The notes below the pieces were generated by a model, which saw only the letters and a list, made by a program, of their open reading frames with translations, had not been told where the DNA came from and ran no database searches. From an uncultured Candidatus Rokubacteria bacterium (GTDB lineage Bacteria > Methylomirabilota > Methylomirabilia > Rokubacteriales > DASRDR01): a DNA stretch of 64,000 nucleotides. The DNA is taken from positions 1-64,000 of the forward strand of contig CAVPSB010000011.1 of NCBI GenBank assembly GCA_963708025.1. The letters are read 5' to 3'. Shown one piece after another: positions 8,829 to 18,268 of this stretch (the first letter of the stretch is position 1; each line of letters begins with the position of its first letter). The position numbers and the translations under genes were made by a program.

Positions 8829-9200
8829 GTGAGCCGTAGCGACCAGGGCGCGACGTCCGCGGCAGAGTTGTTCGATCTCCTGTGGGAGTCCCTCGCCGAT
8901 GTCCTGGGAACCGCCGCCACCGCCACCCTGGTGCGTCGCGCGATCAAGCAGGCCACGTCCCAGACCTCGTGGTCCGAGTCGGTCGTCGTGGTCCGCAACG
9001 GCCTGGACTACGAATACCGTCTCCCCGAGACATGGAAGCAGCCCGGCAACGAGGAGGCCTTGGGCGCGCTCCGGGTCGTGGCGGCCGAGCTGCGCGTGCT
9101 CCTCGTCGAGCTGACCGGACCGGTGGTGGTCAGGCGGCTCGGGCGTCTGGCTCCCTTCCGCGAGCGGGGGATCGACTTCAGCGACGAGGCGCCGAAATGA
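8829..9200 (+). CDS. Hypothetical helical protein coupled to the KaiC-like gene
   Basis: 123 aa (LFDLLWESLADVLGTAATATLVRRA...LLVELTGPVVVRRL); ATGA overlap with kaiC at 9197-9200. Confidence 0.75.
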   Translation: MSRSDQGATSAAELFDLLWESLADVLGTAATATLVRRAIKQATSQTSWSESVVVVRNGLDYEYRLPETWKQPGNEEALGALRVVAAELRVLLVELTGPVVVRRLGRLAPFRERGIDFSDEAPK

Positions 9201-10704
9201 CTGAGCGCCGCTTCAACCCTCGAGCGGCTGAGCACCGGATCCGCCGCGCTGGATGCGATTCTGGGCGGTGGGATTCCCGCCCGGTCGGTGACGGTCGTCG
9301 CCGGCGAGCCGGGCTCGGGAAAGACCGTCTTCACGCTCCAGGCGCTCTTCCACCACGCTCGACAGGGGAAGAAGTGCCTCTACTTCACCACGCTCTCCGA
9401 GCCGGCGCTGAAGGTCATCCGCTACATGCAGCTCTTCTCGTTCTTCGACGCCCGCCTGATCGAGGACCGCATCGTCTTCGCCGATCTCGGCTCGACCCTC
9501 CGTAGCGGCGGCGTCGAGCAGGCGCTGGCGCAGATGATCCAGCGCGTCGAGAGCGAGGAACCCGACCTCGTGGCCGTCGACAGCTTCAAGGCCATCCACG
9601 ACCTCCTGCCCAGCGACGGCCACGGCCGGATGTTCGTCTACGACCTCGCCGTCGGCATGGCGGCGTGGGGGGCCACGACGCTGCTGGTCGGCGAGTACAC
9701 GCCCGAGGACATCGGCGTCGCGCCCGGAGTTCGCCATCGCCGACGGCATCGTGCGTCTCACCACTGAGCGCCAGGAGCTGACGACGGCCCGGCAGCTCGA
9801 GGTTCTGAAGTTGCGCGGCGCGAACTACGTGACCGGGCGCCACTTCTTCGAGATGGACGCCGACGGGCTCACGTTCTACCCGCGCGTGCGGGGACCGGAG
9901 ATGACCGGCGAGCCGCCGGTCGACCTCGCGGATCGGGTCGCCACCGGTGTCGCCGGACTCGACGCGCTCCTGCTCGGTGGCCTGCCGCGAGCGAGCGCGA
10001 CGATGGTCGAGGGCGGCACCGGGACGGGCAAGACGCTCGTGGGCCTGCACTTCCTCCTCGAGGGCGCGCGCCGGGGGGAGCCGGGGATCCTCTTCACGCT
10101 GGAGGAGACGCCCGCGCAGATCCGGGCGATCGCGAACAACTTCGGCTGGGAACTCGCGCCGCTGGAGGCTCAGGGCCGGCTCCTCATCAGCTATACCTCG
10201 CCGGTCGAGCTCTTCACCGATCGCTTCCTCGACGCGGTGCGGCGGCAGATCGAGAGGGTCGGCGCGCGCCACGCGGTGCTCGACAGCCTCACCAGCATGG
10301 CGCTCGGCGTGCCCTCGCAGCGCCGGTTCCGCGAGCTGGTCTACGCCCTGACCAAGCACTTCCGGGCCGCCGGGGTCACGCCGCTGATGACCATGGAGGT
10401 CGCGGAGCTGCTCGGCACCGCGCAGCTCACCGGCCACGGCGTCTCTTCCACCGCCGACAACCTGATCTTGCTGCGCTACGTCGAGGTGGACGGGCGTCTG
10501 GAGCGCGCCGTGTCCGTACTCAAGGCGCGCGGGACCGGCCACGTCACGGAGCTCCGCCGCTTCCTGATCGACGGCCGCGGGGCGCACGTCGGAGAGCGGT
10601 TCGAGGATCTGCGCGGGGTGCTGACAGGGGTCCCGCACCCCGAGCGCGCAGCGGGACGTCTCGTCGCGCGGCGCTCGTCCAGGACGAAGAGTCGCAGGCG
10701 ATGA
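9197..10704 (+). CDS. kaiC: KaiC-like double-domain RecA-family ATPase (frameshifts near 9220 and 9720)
   Basis: CI: STGSAALDAILGGG, GEPGSGKT, AVDS, LEVLKLRG. CII: ATGVAGLDALLLGG, GGTGTGKT, TLEE, VLDS, GVSSTADNLILLRYVE, VLKARG. Confidence 0.9.
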
Positions 10705-12343
10705 CGCCGCATCACCCGGACCCCGCGAACCTCGTCGGGTCGGTCGCCCGCACGCTCTACGATATCGGGCAGGGCTTCGACTCGCCTCTCGACAGCCGAG
10801 CCCCGGCTCCGGCGCGCGCTCGGACTGCTCCGCCGCATCGTGCCCTACGACCGCTGCGCGCTTCTCGAGGCGCCGGCGGCCGGCCCGGCGCGCCTCGTGG
10901 TCGAGCCCGACGCCCCGGAGGCGCGGGAATCTCTGAGCCGGGTGCTGACGCGCTTCTTGACCGTCGTCACCGACGAGTCGCAGCGGGCTGGCCGACTGGC
11001 TGCCACCGGATGTCGCCCACCTCGTGCCCTGCGCCTCGCACCTGGCGGTCCCCCTCGTCGGGCTCGACCGGGTGCTGGGCGTGCTCTTCGTGAGCCACCA
11101 AGAGGCCGACGCCTACACGGACGACCATCTGCGACTCCTGTCGGTCGTCGCCAGCCAGATCGCCGCGTATCTCACCGCCTGCCGGCTTCGCGAGCAGGAA
11201 GCGCAGATCGCGAGCGAGCACGAGGCAGCCCGAGCAGCGGCCGAGGCGGAGAACCGCGCCAAGGACGAGTTCCTGGCGATGCTGGCCCACGAGCTGCGCA
11301 ACCCGCTCATGGCTATCCGGATGGCCATGCAGACGATCCGGGGCCAGGCCGAGCGCGATCCCATCGTCCAGCTGGCGAGGGATGTCGTGGAGCGGCAGGT
11401 CAAGCACCTGGCGCGTCTGCTCGACGACCTGCTGGACGTCTCCCGCCTGACGCGCGGCAAGATCGAGCTGCACAAGGAGACGGTCACGCTCCAGATGGTC
11501 GTCGCCGCGGCGCTCGAGACCACGCGAGGCATCATCGACGCTCGGAGGCATGTCGAGTCGATGTCGCTGCCGGCGGAGCCGCTCTGGTTCGAGGCCGATC
11601 CCACGCGGATCACCCAGGTCGTGGGCAACCTGCTCGACAATGCGACGAAGTACACACCGCGGGGCGGTGAAATCTCGGTGACGGGATATGGCGAGCGCGC
11701 CGAGGTCGTGCTGCGCGTGCGCGATACCGGCATCGGTATCTCGCCCGAGATGGTGCCACGGGTCTTCGATCTGTTCGTCCAGGCCGATCGGCCCCTAGCC
11801 GGCTTCGAGAGAGGCCTCGGCGTGGGTCTCACGCTGGCCCGCACCCTGATCGAGCTCCACGGTGGAACGATTACCGTCGAGAGCGAGGGGCCGGGCCGGG
11901 GGAGCGAGTTCGTCGTGCGCCTGCCCGTCGGCGTGCCGGTTGGGTCCCGGGGACGCGACGATCGTCGACGAGTCGCGGTCCAGGCCCGGCACATCCTCCT
12001 CGTCGAGGACGACGACAACGTCCGAGAGGCTCTGCACAGGATCCTGGCGCTCGACGGCCACCGGGTCGAGGTGGCTCGCGACGGCCCCGGGGGCGTGGAG
12101 CTCGCGCTGGCGACCGCTCCGGAGGTCGCGTTCATCGACATCGGCCTTCCCGGCATCGATGGCTACGAGGTCGGCCGGCGCATCCGGACCGCGCTCGGGA
12201 GCCGGGTACTCCTCGTCGCACTGGCGGCCTACGGCCAGGAGCGGCGATCGAGCGAGGCAGGGTTCGACGCCCATCTCGTGAAGCCCGTCAGCTATGAGGA
12301 TCTCACCCGGGTCCTTGGCCGGGCCGCCGGCGGGGACGGCTAA
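10701..12343 (+). CDS. GAF-HisKA-HATPase-REC hybrid histidine kinase (frameshifted at the 5' end)
   Basis: KDEFLAMLAHELRNPL, NLLDNATKY, DTGIG, GLGVGL, receiver EDDD...FIDIGLP...LVKP; ATGA overlap with kaiC. Confidence 0.9.
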
Positions 12344-12344
12344 G

Positions 12345-14142
12345 TTGGGACTGCGCGACCTGCTGCTCCGCGCGGTGCGCGGGCGGTCGACGTTCGTGCT
12401 GGCGGACCGTCTGCGGTTCGAGACGCTTCTCTCGGAGCTGTCCGCCGGGTTGATTCACGTCCCCGCCGGGGAGATCGACGTGGCGCTCGTGCGCGCGCTC
12501 CAGCAGGTGGTCACGTTCCTGGACGTGGATCGAGGCAATCTCGACGAGAACGCCGATGGAGGGCCGGGGGTCCGCCTCTCGTGGGCGCGGCCGGGCCTCG
12601 AGGAACCGCCGCGAATCGGGGCAGGCGACCAGTTCCCCTGGGCTGCCGAGAGACTGCGGCGCGGGGACGTCGTCCGATTCTCTCGCCTCGATGAGCTGCC
12701 CGAGGCGGCGGCGATCGATCGGGCCAGCTTCGAGCGCGTGGGCACACGCTCGAAGGTGGCGCTCCCGCTCCGTGCCGGTGGACCCATGCTCGGCGTGCTC
12801 TCCTTCGGCTCCGTTCGGGGCGAACGCGCCTGGCCGGACGAGCTGGTGGAGCGGCTCCGTCTCCTGAGCGAGGTCTTCGCCAGCGCCCTGGAGCGAAAGC
12901 GGATGGAGCTCTCGCTCGCTGAGCGCCTGCGCTTCGAGAAACTCCTGTCCACCCTGACGGCCGCGTTCAGCCATCTGTCGGCCGGCGATTTCGATCGAGA
13001 GATCCAGCACGGGCTTCGCCAGGTCGTCGACTTCCTGGGGGTCGATCGCGGCAGCTTGATCGAGTTCTACCCGGGACGGCACGACCGCCCGGTCATGGGC
13101 AATCGAGGAATGGATCGATGTGGGAGAGTTCCCGTGGATGACGGAGCGGCTGCAACGTGGGAACCTCGTCAGCGTTTCGCAACTCGAGGAGCTTCCGGAC
13201 GAGGCGGCCGTGGATCGGCGGAGCTATCTCACGCACCGCGTCAAGCCCCAGGTCGCGGTGCCGCTGCTGGTGGGGGGAACCGTCGTGGGGGGGCTCGTGT
13301 TCAGCACGGTCGGCGCCGAGCGCTCGAGGTCGGACGAGCTGATGCAGCAGCTCCGCCTCCTCGGGGAAGTCTTTGCCAATGCGTTGTCGCGCAAGCAGGG
13401 GGAACTCGAGGCGCAGCGGCTCCGGCAGGAGCTGACGCACATCGGCCGGGTCTCGGCCCTGGGCGAGCTCACCGCGTCGCTGGCCCACGAGCTGAGCCAG
13501 CCGCTGACGGCGATCCTCAGCAACGCTCAGGCGGCCCAGCTCCTGCTCGCGGCCGACGTCGTGAGGCTCGACAAGGTGCGCGAGTTCCTGAGCGACATCG
13601 TTTCGGACGACAAGCGGGCTGCGGCCGTGATCCACCGACTGCGCGTCCTGCTCAAGAAGGGTGACCCCGAATTCGTGTCCCTCGACCTCAACGACATCGT
13701 CGGGGAAGTGGCGTGGCTCATGCGGAGCGATGCGATCATCCGTAACGTGCCGATTCGCCTCGAGCTCGCGGCCGACCTGCCGAGAGTCCACGGCGACCGG
13801 GTTCAGCTCCAGCAGGTGGTGCTGAATCTGGTGCTCAATGGCCTCGAAGCCATGCGGGAGTCCGGCGCGGGGGATCGAACCCTCGTCATCCGGACAGCCA
13901 GGGACGGCGCGGCCACCGTCGCGGTCGCGGTCCAGGACTCAGGGATCGGGATCGACGAGAAGGAATTGGACCGCCTGTTCCAACCGCTCTACACGACCAA
14001 AGCCGAGGGACTGGGCATGGGCCTGGCCATTGCACGCACCATCGTCGCCGCGCACGGCGGCCAGCTGGGCGCCGCGAACAACGTGCACGGCGGGGCGACA
14101 TTCCATTTCACGTTGCCAGTGGGCACCGACGACACGCGATGA
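12345..14142 (+). CDS. Tandem-GAF histidine kinase, FixL/NodV-type transmitter (start uncertain; frameshift ~13080)
   Basis: Two repeats beginning LA(D/E)RLRFE.LLS.L...DVDRG/GVDRG; LAHELSQPL, NLVLNGLEAM, DSGIG, GLGMGL. Confidence 0.88.
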
Positions 14143-14765
14143 TCGCGGTCGCGCCGATGGTCTTCGTCGTGGACGATGACCCCGCCGTACGGACGAGCCT
14201 GACTCGATTGCTTTCGGCGGCCGGGTACGCGGTCGAGGCGTTCGCGTCGGCCCGAGAGTTTCTGGCGCGCGAACGGTACACCGGTCCGTGCTGCCTGGTC
14301 CTGGACGTGCGGATGCCCGGTCTGACCGGGCTCGAATTGCAGGAAGCACTGGCGGCGGCGGGGCACCGGATGTCCATCGTCTTCGTCACCGGCCACATCG
14401 ACGTCCCGAAGAGCGTCAGAGCCATGAAAGCCGGGGCAGTCGATCTTCTCACCAAGCCGGTCGATGTCAAGGATCTCCTGGCCGCCATTCAGCGGGCCGT
14501 GGCGAAGGACGTGGAGGAGCTGGGCGCCGAGGCCCGCGTCGCAGAGATCCGGGAGCGCGTCAAGACGCTGACCCCGCGCGAGACCGAGGTGTTCGCCCTC
14601 GTCGTGACCGGCATGCTGAACAAGCAGATCGCGTTCCAGCTCGGCGTTGTCGAGAAGACGGTCAAGGTGCACCGCGCCAAGGTCATGGAGAAGATGCGGG
14701 CGGGATCGGTCGCCGAGCTGGTTCGGCTGGCTGACCGAGTGAGCGTGATCGTGCCGAAGTCCTGA
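14139..14765 (+). CDS. FixJ/NodW-family response regulator (REC + LuxR HTH)
   Basis: VFVVDDD, LDVRMPG, LTPRETEV...NKQIA..LGVVEKTVKVHRAKVMEKM. Confidence 0.93.
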   Translation: MIAVAPMVFVVDDDPAVRTSLTRLLSAAGYAVEAFASAREFLARERYTGPCCLVLDVRMPGLTGLELQEALAAAGHRMSIVFVTGHIDVPKSVRAMKAGAVDLLTKPVDVKDLLAAIQRAVAKDVEELGAEARVAEIRERVKTLTPRETEVFALVVTGMLNKQIAFQLGVVEKTVKVHRAKVMEKMRAGSVAELVRLADRVSVIVPKS

Positions 14766-14802
14766 TCGCCGCCCACCCTCGCCTCGCCGCTCTCTCTGGA
14801 CC

Positions 14803-14824
14803 CTATTGGACCAAGGTCCAATAG
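14803..14824. promoter_or_regulatory. 22-bp perfect palindrome, candidate operator (copy 1)
   Basis: CTATTGGACC-AA-GGTCCAATAG; a second copy lies at 17557. Confidence 0.65.
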
Positions 14825-14992
14825 CTCCCCCGCCGGCCCCCGCCTAGAGTCTTTCCTGAGGCGATCACGCCGTCGGCCTCTGTGGCCGACGCGCCAGTCA
14901 TCGCCGCCCTCGCGTCGGAGCGAGAAGGGGCCGCTCCGAGCCCGGATGACCGACCGCTGAATGGACCGATGAGCTCAAGGAGGTCTCCGACC

Positions 14993-15652
14993 ATGGCGTA
15001 CAAGGTTCCGCCGTTGCGATTCGCTTACGATGCCCTCGAGCCGTACATCGACGCCGAGACGATGGAGCTCCATCACGACAAGCATCACCAGACGTACGTC
15101 GACAACCTGAACAAGGCGATCGAGCCGTATCCGCGACTCGCCGATCTCACGATCGAGGACCTGCTGCGTCGCCTCGACCAGGTGCCCGAGGCGATCCGGA
15201 CGGCCGTTCGGAACCATGGTGGCGGCCACGCCAATCATCAGTTCTTCTGGGAGATCCTCGGGCCGAACGCGGGCGGTTCGCCGAAAGGCGCGATCGGCGA
15301 TGCCATCAAGAGGGACTTCGGCTCGTTCGAGCGATTTCAGTCTTTCTTTACCGACGCGGCAGCGAAGCATTTCGGCTCGGGGTGGGCGTTCCTCGTCGTG
15401 AACCCACCGATGGACCGGCTCGAGATCATGTCGCTGCCCGACCAGGACAGCGTGCTGTTGCACGGCAAGCGGGGGCTCCTCTGCTGCGATGTCTGGGAGC
15501 ACGCGTACTACCTGAAATACAGGAACAGACGCCCGGACTACCTCCGTGCCTGGTGGAACGTCGTCGCCTGGGACGTCGTCGACCAGAAGCTGCACGACGC
15601 CATGGCCAGGCCACTGCTGCCATTTCCGGAGACAGGACTCGCCCCGCGTTGA
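14993..15652 (+). CDS. sodA: Superoxide dismutase, Mn-type signature
   Basis: [40 protein letters not shown]. Confidence 0.93.
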   Translation: MAYKVPPLRFAYDALEPYIDAETMELHHDKHHQTYVDNLNKAIEPYPRLADLTIEDLLRRLDQVPEAIRTAVRNHGGGHANHQFFWEILGPNAGGSPKGAIGDAIKRDFGSFERFQSFFTDAAAKHFGSGWAFLVVNPPMDRLEIMSLPDQDSVLLHGKRGLLCCDVWEHAYYLKYRNRRPDYLRAWWNVVAWDVVDQKLHDAMARPLLPFPETGLAPR

Positions 15653-15686
15653 GCGGGGCGGTACCGGTCAGACGAGGAGGACCACG

Positions 15687-15976
15687 ATGAGAACCAGTGA
15701 GACGTTTGTCCTGGGAGCGATCATGGGCGCAGTCGTCGTATGGATCTGGGGCAAAGAGATCGAGAGCTATGTGGGGGAGAAGACGCGCGGGGTGCGCGCC
15801 AAGGCGGCGGAGGGCCTTCGGGCGGTGGAGGAGAGGACCGGGACGGTGCTGGACCACGGCGGGGATGCCTGCGTCGCGCCGAGGAATTCGTGCAGGACAC
15901 GAAGGAACACGTCAGCGGGGCTCTCCGAGCAGGGCAGGACACGATTCGCCCGGCACCATCAACGGGAAGGGCATGA
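15687..15976 (+). CDS. YtxH-like small membrane-anchored stress protein (frameshift ~15870)
   Basis: FVLGAIMGAVVVWIWG followed by an amphipathic charged helix; SD GAGGAGG. Confidence 0.55.
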
Positions 15977-15988
15977 CCCGGGAGTGAA
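15960..15988 (+). repeat. 29-bp direct repeat, copy 1
   Basis: CAACGGGAAGGGCATGACCCGGGAGTGAA; 26/29 identical to 17512-17540. Confidence 0.7.
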
Positions 15989-16091
15989 GAAAGGCGACGA
16001 AACTGGGCCGACCGATGGCCCCCACTCAGGCATTTCACCCAATGAAGACTTGCTGGCTCGCGATAGGTCATGGGGTGCCGGGAGGTGCACT

Positions 16092-16571
16092 GTGGCTGAC
16101 ATCAGAGAGCGGCTCGAGCAGGACCTGAAGACGGCGGTATCCCGACTGCGCCACCTGGCTGGAGCGGCGGCGATCGAGGAGCTGTCCTGGACGATCCGGG
16201 ACAGCGGCCCCTTTGCGGACGAGGTGGACGGGATCCAGGCCAACGAGAGTCGGGAGGTCGGCTTGGCCACGCGCGAACTGTTGATGGAGCGCGTGAATCG
16301 TCTGTCGGCGGCGCTCGATCGGATGAGCGAGGGTGCGTACGGCACCTGCGTGGAGTGTGGCGAAGCGATCTCGGCGGCGCGACTGCACGCCATGCCCGAG
16401 GTGCAGACCTGCGTCCGCTGCCAGGACGGCATCGAGCGTCGCGGTCGCCAGTCCGATCTGAGGAGACGCAGCGTGTTCGCAGTCGGCGAGGACGACACCA
16501 TGAGCGCGGCGAGTCTCGCATCGGTCCGTGCCGCGAGTGCCGTGACTCCATGCCCCACGCCGTGCCGCTGA
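16092..16571 (+). CDS. TraR/DksA-family C4 zinc-finger regulator
   Basis: DEVD coiled-coil tip; YGTCVECGEAISAARLHAMPEVQTCVRCQ. Confidence 0.88.
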   Translation: MADIRERLEQDLKTAVSRLRHLAGAAAIEELSWTIRDSGPFADEVDGIQANESREVGLATRELLMERVNRLSAALDRMSEGAYGTCVECGEAISAARLHAMPEVQTCVRCQDGIERRGRQSDLRRRSVFAVGEDDTMSAASLASVRAASAVTPCPTPCR

Positions 16572-16924
16572 TCTCCATCGTGGACGACGACCTCTCCGTC
16601 CGGCTGGCGCTCGGTCGATTGGTCGAGTCGGCAGGCTACAGCGCCGAGATCTTCGCGTCGGCCCGCGAGTTTCTCGGCTCATTCGCGCTGGGCCGAACGG
16701 CATGCCTGGTCCTCGACATCCACCTGGGGGAGATGAGCGGATTCGAGCTTCAGGAGCGGTTAGCGGCGGACGGTAGCGCCATCCCGATCATCCTCATCAC
16801 AGCCCATGACGATGGCCCAACGCGCAAGCGCATCGAACGATCCGGCGTAGCTGCCTCCCTGCTCAAACCGTTGGACAAGCGAGCCTTGCTCGATGCGATC
16901 CGGAGGGCAGTCGGGCAGGCGTGA
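16550..16924 (+). CDS. Single-domain response regulator (FixT/FixJ-like receiver)
   Basis: ISIVDDD, LVLDIHL, ITAH, LKP. Confidence 0.88.
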   Translation: MPHAVPLISIVDDDLSVRLALGRLVESAGYSAEIFASAREFLGSFALGRTACLVLDIHLGEMSGFELQERLAADGSAIPIILITAHDDGPTRKRIERSGVAASLLKPLDKRALLDAIRRAVGQA

Positions 16925-16993
16925 TGTCCGGAGCCTCCGGAGAGATCGGCGGCCGCCCGCACAGAACCTTCCGGGCACCAGGAGGTACGGGCG

Positions 16994-17470
16994 ATGACGG
17001 TAAACGGAGTCCACGCTCTCAGCCGCCGGTTGGAGGCCCTGGCGCGTACGATCACGCGATTCACCGGAAGCGCGATGGGGTTTGCCCTCGCGCTCGGAAC
17101 CATCGTGGTCTGGGGCCTGACCGGTCCCCTATTTCACTTCTCCGACACGTGGCAGCTCGTGATCAACACCGGAACGACCATCGTGACGTTTCTGATCGTC
17201 TTTCTCATTCAGCGGTCCCAGAACAAGGACTCGCTGGCCCTCCAGCTCAAGCTGAACGAGATCGTGGCCGCACTCGACGGAGCGAGCAATCGTCTCGTCA
17301 ACGTCGAGGATCTCACGGAGGCGGAGCTGGATGTTCTCCACGACCATTACGCCCAGCTTGCGACGATGGCCAAGCGGGACGTCGATCTGATGCAGTCTCA
17401 CTCGGTCGACGAGGCGACGACCCGGCATGAGATGAAGCACGGCCGAAAGACCAGTGGGCGAGAGTCGTAG
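16994..17470 (+). CDS. Low-affinity iron permease (Fet4-like) family protein
   Basis: FSDTWQLVINTGTTIVTFLIVFLIQRSQNKDSLALQLKLNE. Confidence 0.9.
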   Translation: MTVNGVHALSRRLEALARTITRFTGSAMGFALALGTIVVWGLTGPLFHFSDTWQLVINTGTTIVTFLIVFLIQRSQNKDSLALQLKLNEIVAALDGASNRLVNVEDLTEAELDVLHDHYAQLATMAKRDVDLMQSHSVDEATTRHEMKHGRKTSGRES

Positions 17471-17511
17471 GGCGCGCCTCAACCCAGGCGCTGGCTGGCT
17501 GGGGCCGGAGG

Positions 17512-17540
17512 CAACTGGAAGAGCACGACCCGGGAGTGAA
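17512..17540 (+). repeat. 29-bp direct repeat, copy 2
   Basis: CAACTGGAAGAGCACGACCCGGGAGTGAA. Confidence 0.7.
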
Positions 17541-17556
17541 CTCACGGGCAATCGGG

Positions 17557-17575
17557 TTGGACGAAGGTCCAATAG
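17557..17575. promoter_or_regulatory. Palindromic operator, copy 2
   Basis: TTGGACGAAGGTCCAATAG, 18/19 identical to 14806-14824. Confidence 0.6.
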
Positions 17576-17851
17576 CCAGGCCGGATGACGTTGACTAGAT
17601 TCTGGGCGAGGGCGCATGACGTGTGACCACTCTCGCACGCGTGGTGGTGGCCGGACGTCCCGCCATGAATCACAGGAGGAGGTGAACCTAGTGCTGCCAT
17701 GGGCCGGTGCCATCTCTGGTTCTCCTGAGTGTCCTTCTTCTGTCGCTGCGCGGCAGGACCTCGAAGGAACCGGCTTGCTGTTCAACCTAGCCCGAGCCCC
17801 TTCGGCTCAGACTTGCTATCAACAGAACAGCAGAACGAGGCGAGAAAGAAC

Positions 17852-17926
17852 ATGAACAACGTCTTCTACATCATCGGAGTCGTGGTTGTCGTGTTCGTCA
17901 TCCTGGGATACTTCGGGCTCCGTTAG
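17852..17926 (+). CDS. 24-aa single-TM small protein
   Basis: MNNVFYIIGVVVVVFVILGYFGLR. Confidence 0.65.
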   Translation: MNNVFYIIGVVVVVFVILGYFGLR

Positions 17927-18039
17927 GAATCGGACACCTGTCTCGGGGGGCGTCCTTTTGTCGACGCATCCGGTAATTGTCGAAGCCGCCCCAGCGAGGT
18001 CCTCAAACGCTTGCGGTTGTCAGGGACAGGAGAGACGTG

Positions 18040-18234
18040 ATGAACGAGTTCGTCGTGGGCGTGGTCGTCCTTGCGTTGCTTGGGAGTGGCGTCTTGGTGG
18101 GATGCGAGAAAGGTCCGGCCGAGAAGGTGGGTGAGAAGCTCGACAGGGCTCTGGACAAGTTGAGCGGGAAGGGACCAATCGAGAAGGCTGGCGAGCGGAT
18201 CGACAAGGCCGTGGACGAACTCAAGAAGAAGTAG
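18040..18234 (+). CDS. Small lipoprotein with repeated GPxEKxGExxD unit
   Basis: Lipobox LVGC; GPAEKVGEKLD and GPIEKAGERID; SD AGGAG. Confidence 0.75.
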   Translation: MNEFVVGVVVLALLGSGVLVGCEKGPAEKVGEKLDRALDKLSGKGPIEKAGERIDKAVDELKKK

Positions 18235-18268
18235 AGGCGGCGCGGGCCGGCTTGCTCCGGAGAGCTGT

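Noticed and set aside
17766-17817. Two GG...TTGCT motifs as sigma54 promoters
   Set aside because: The spacing is 9 nt, not the required 10.
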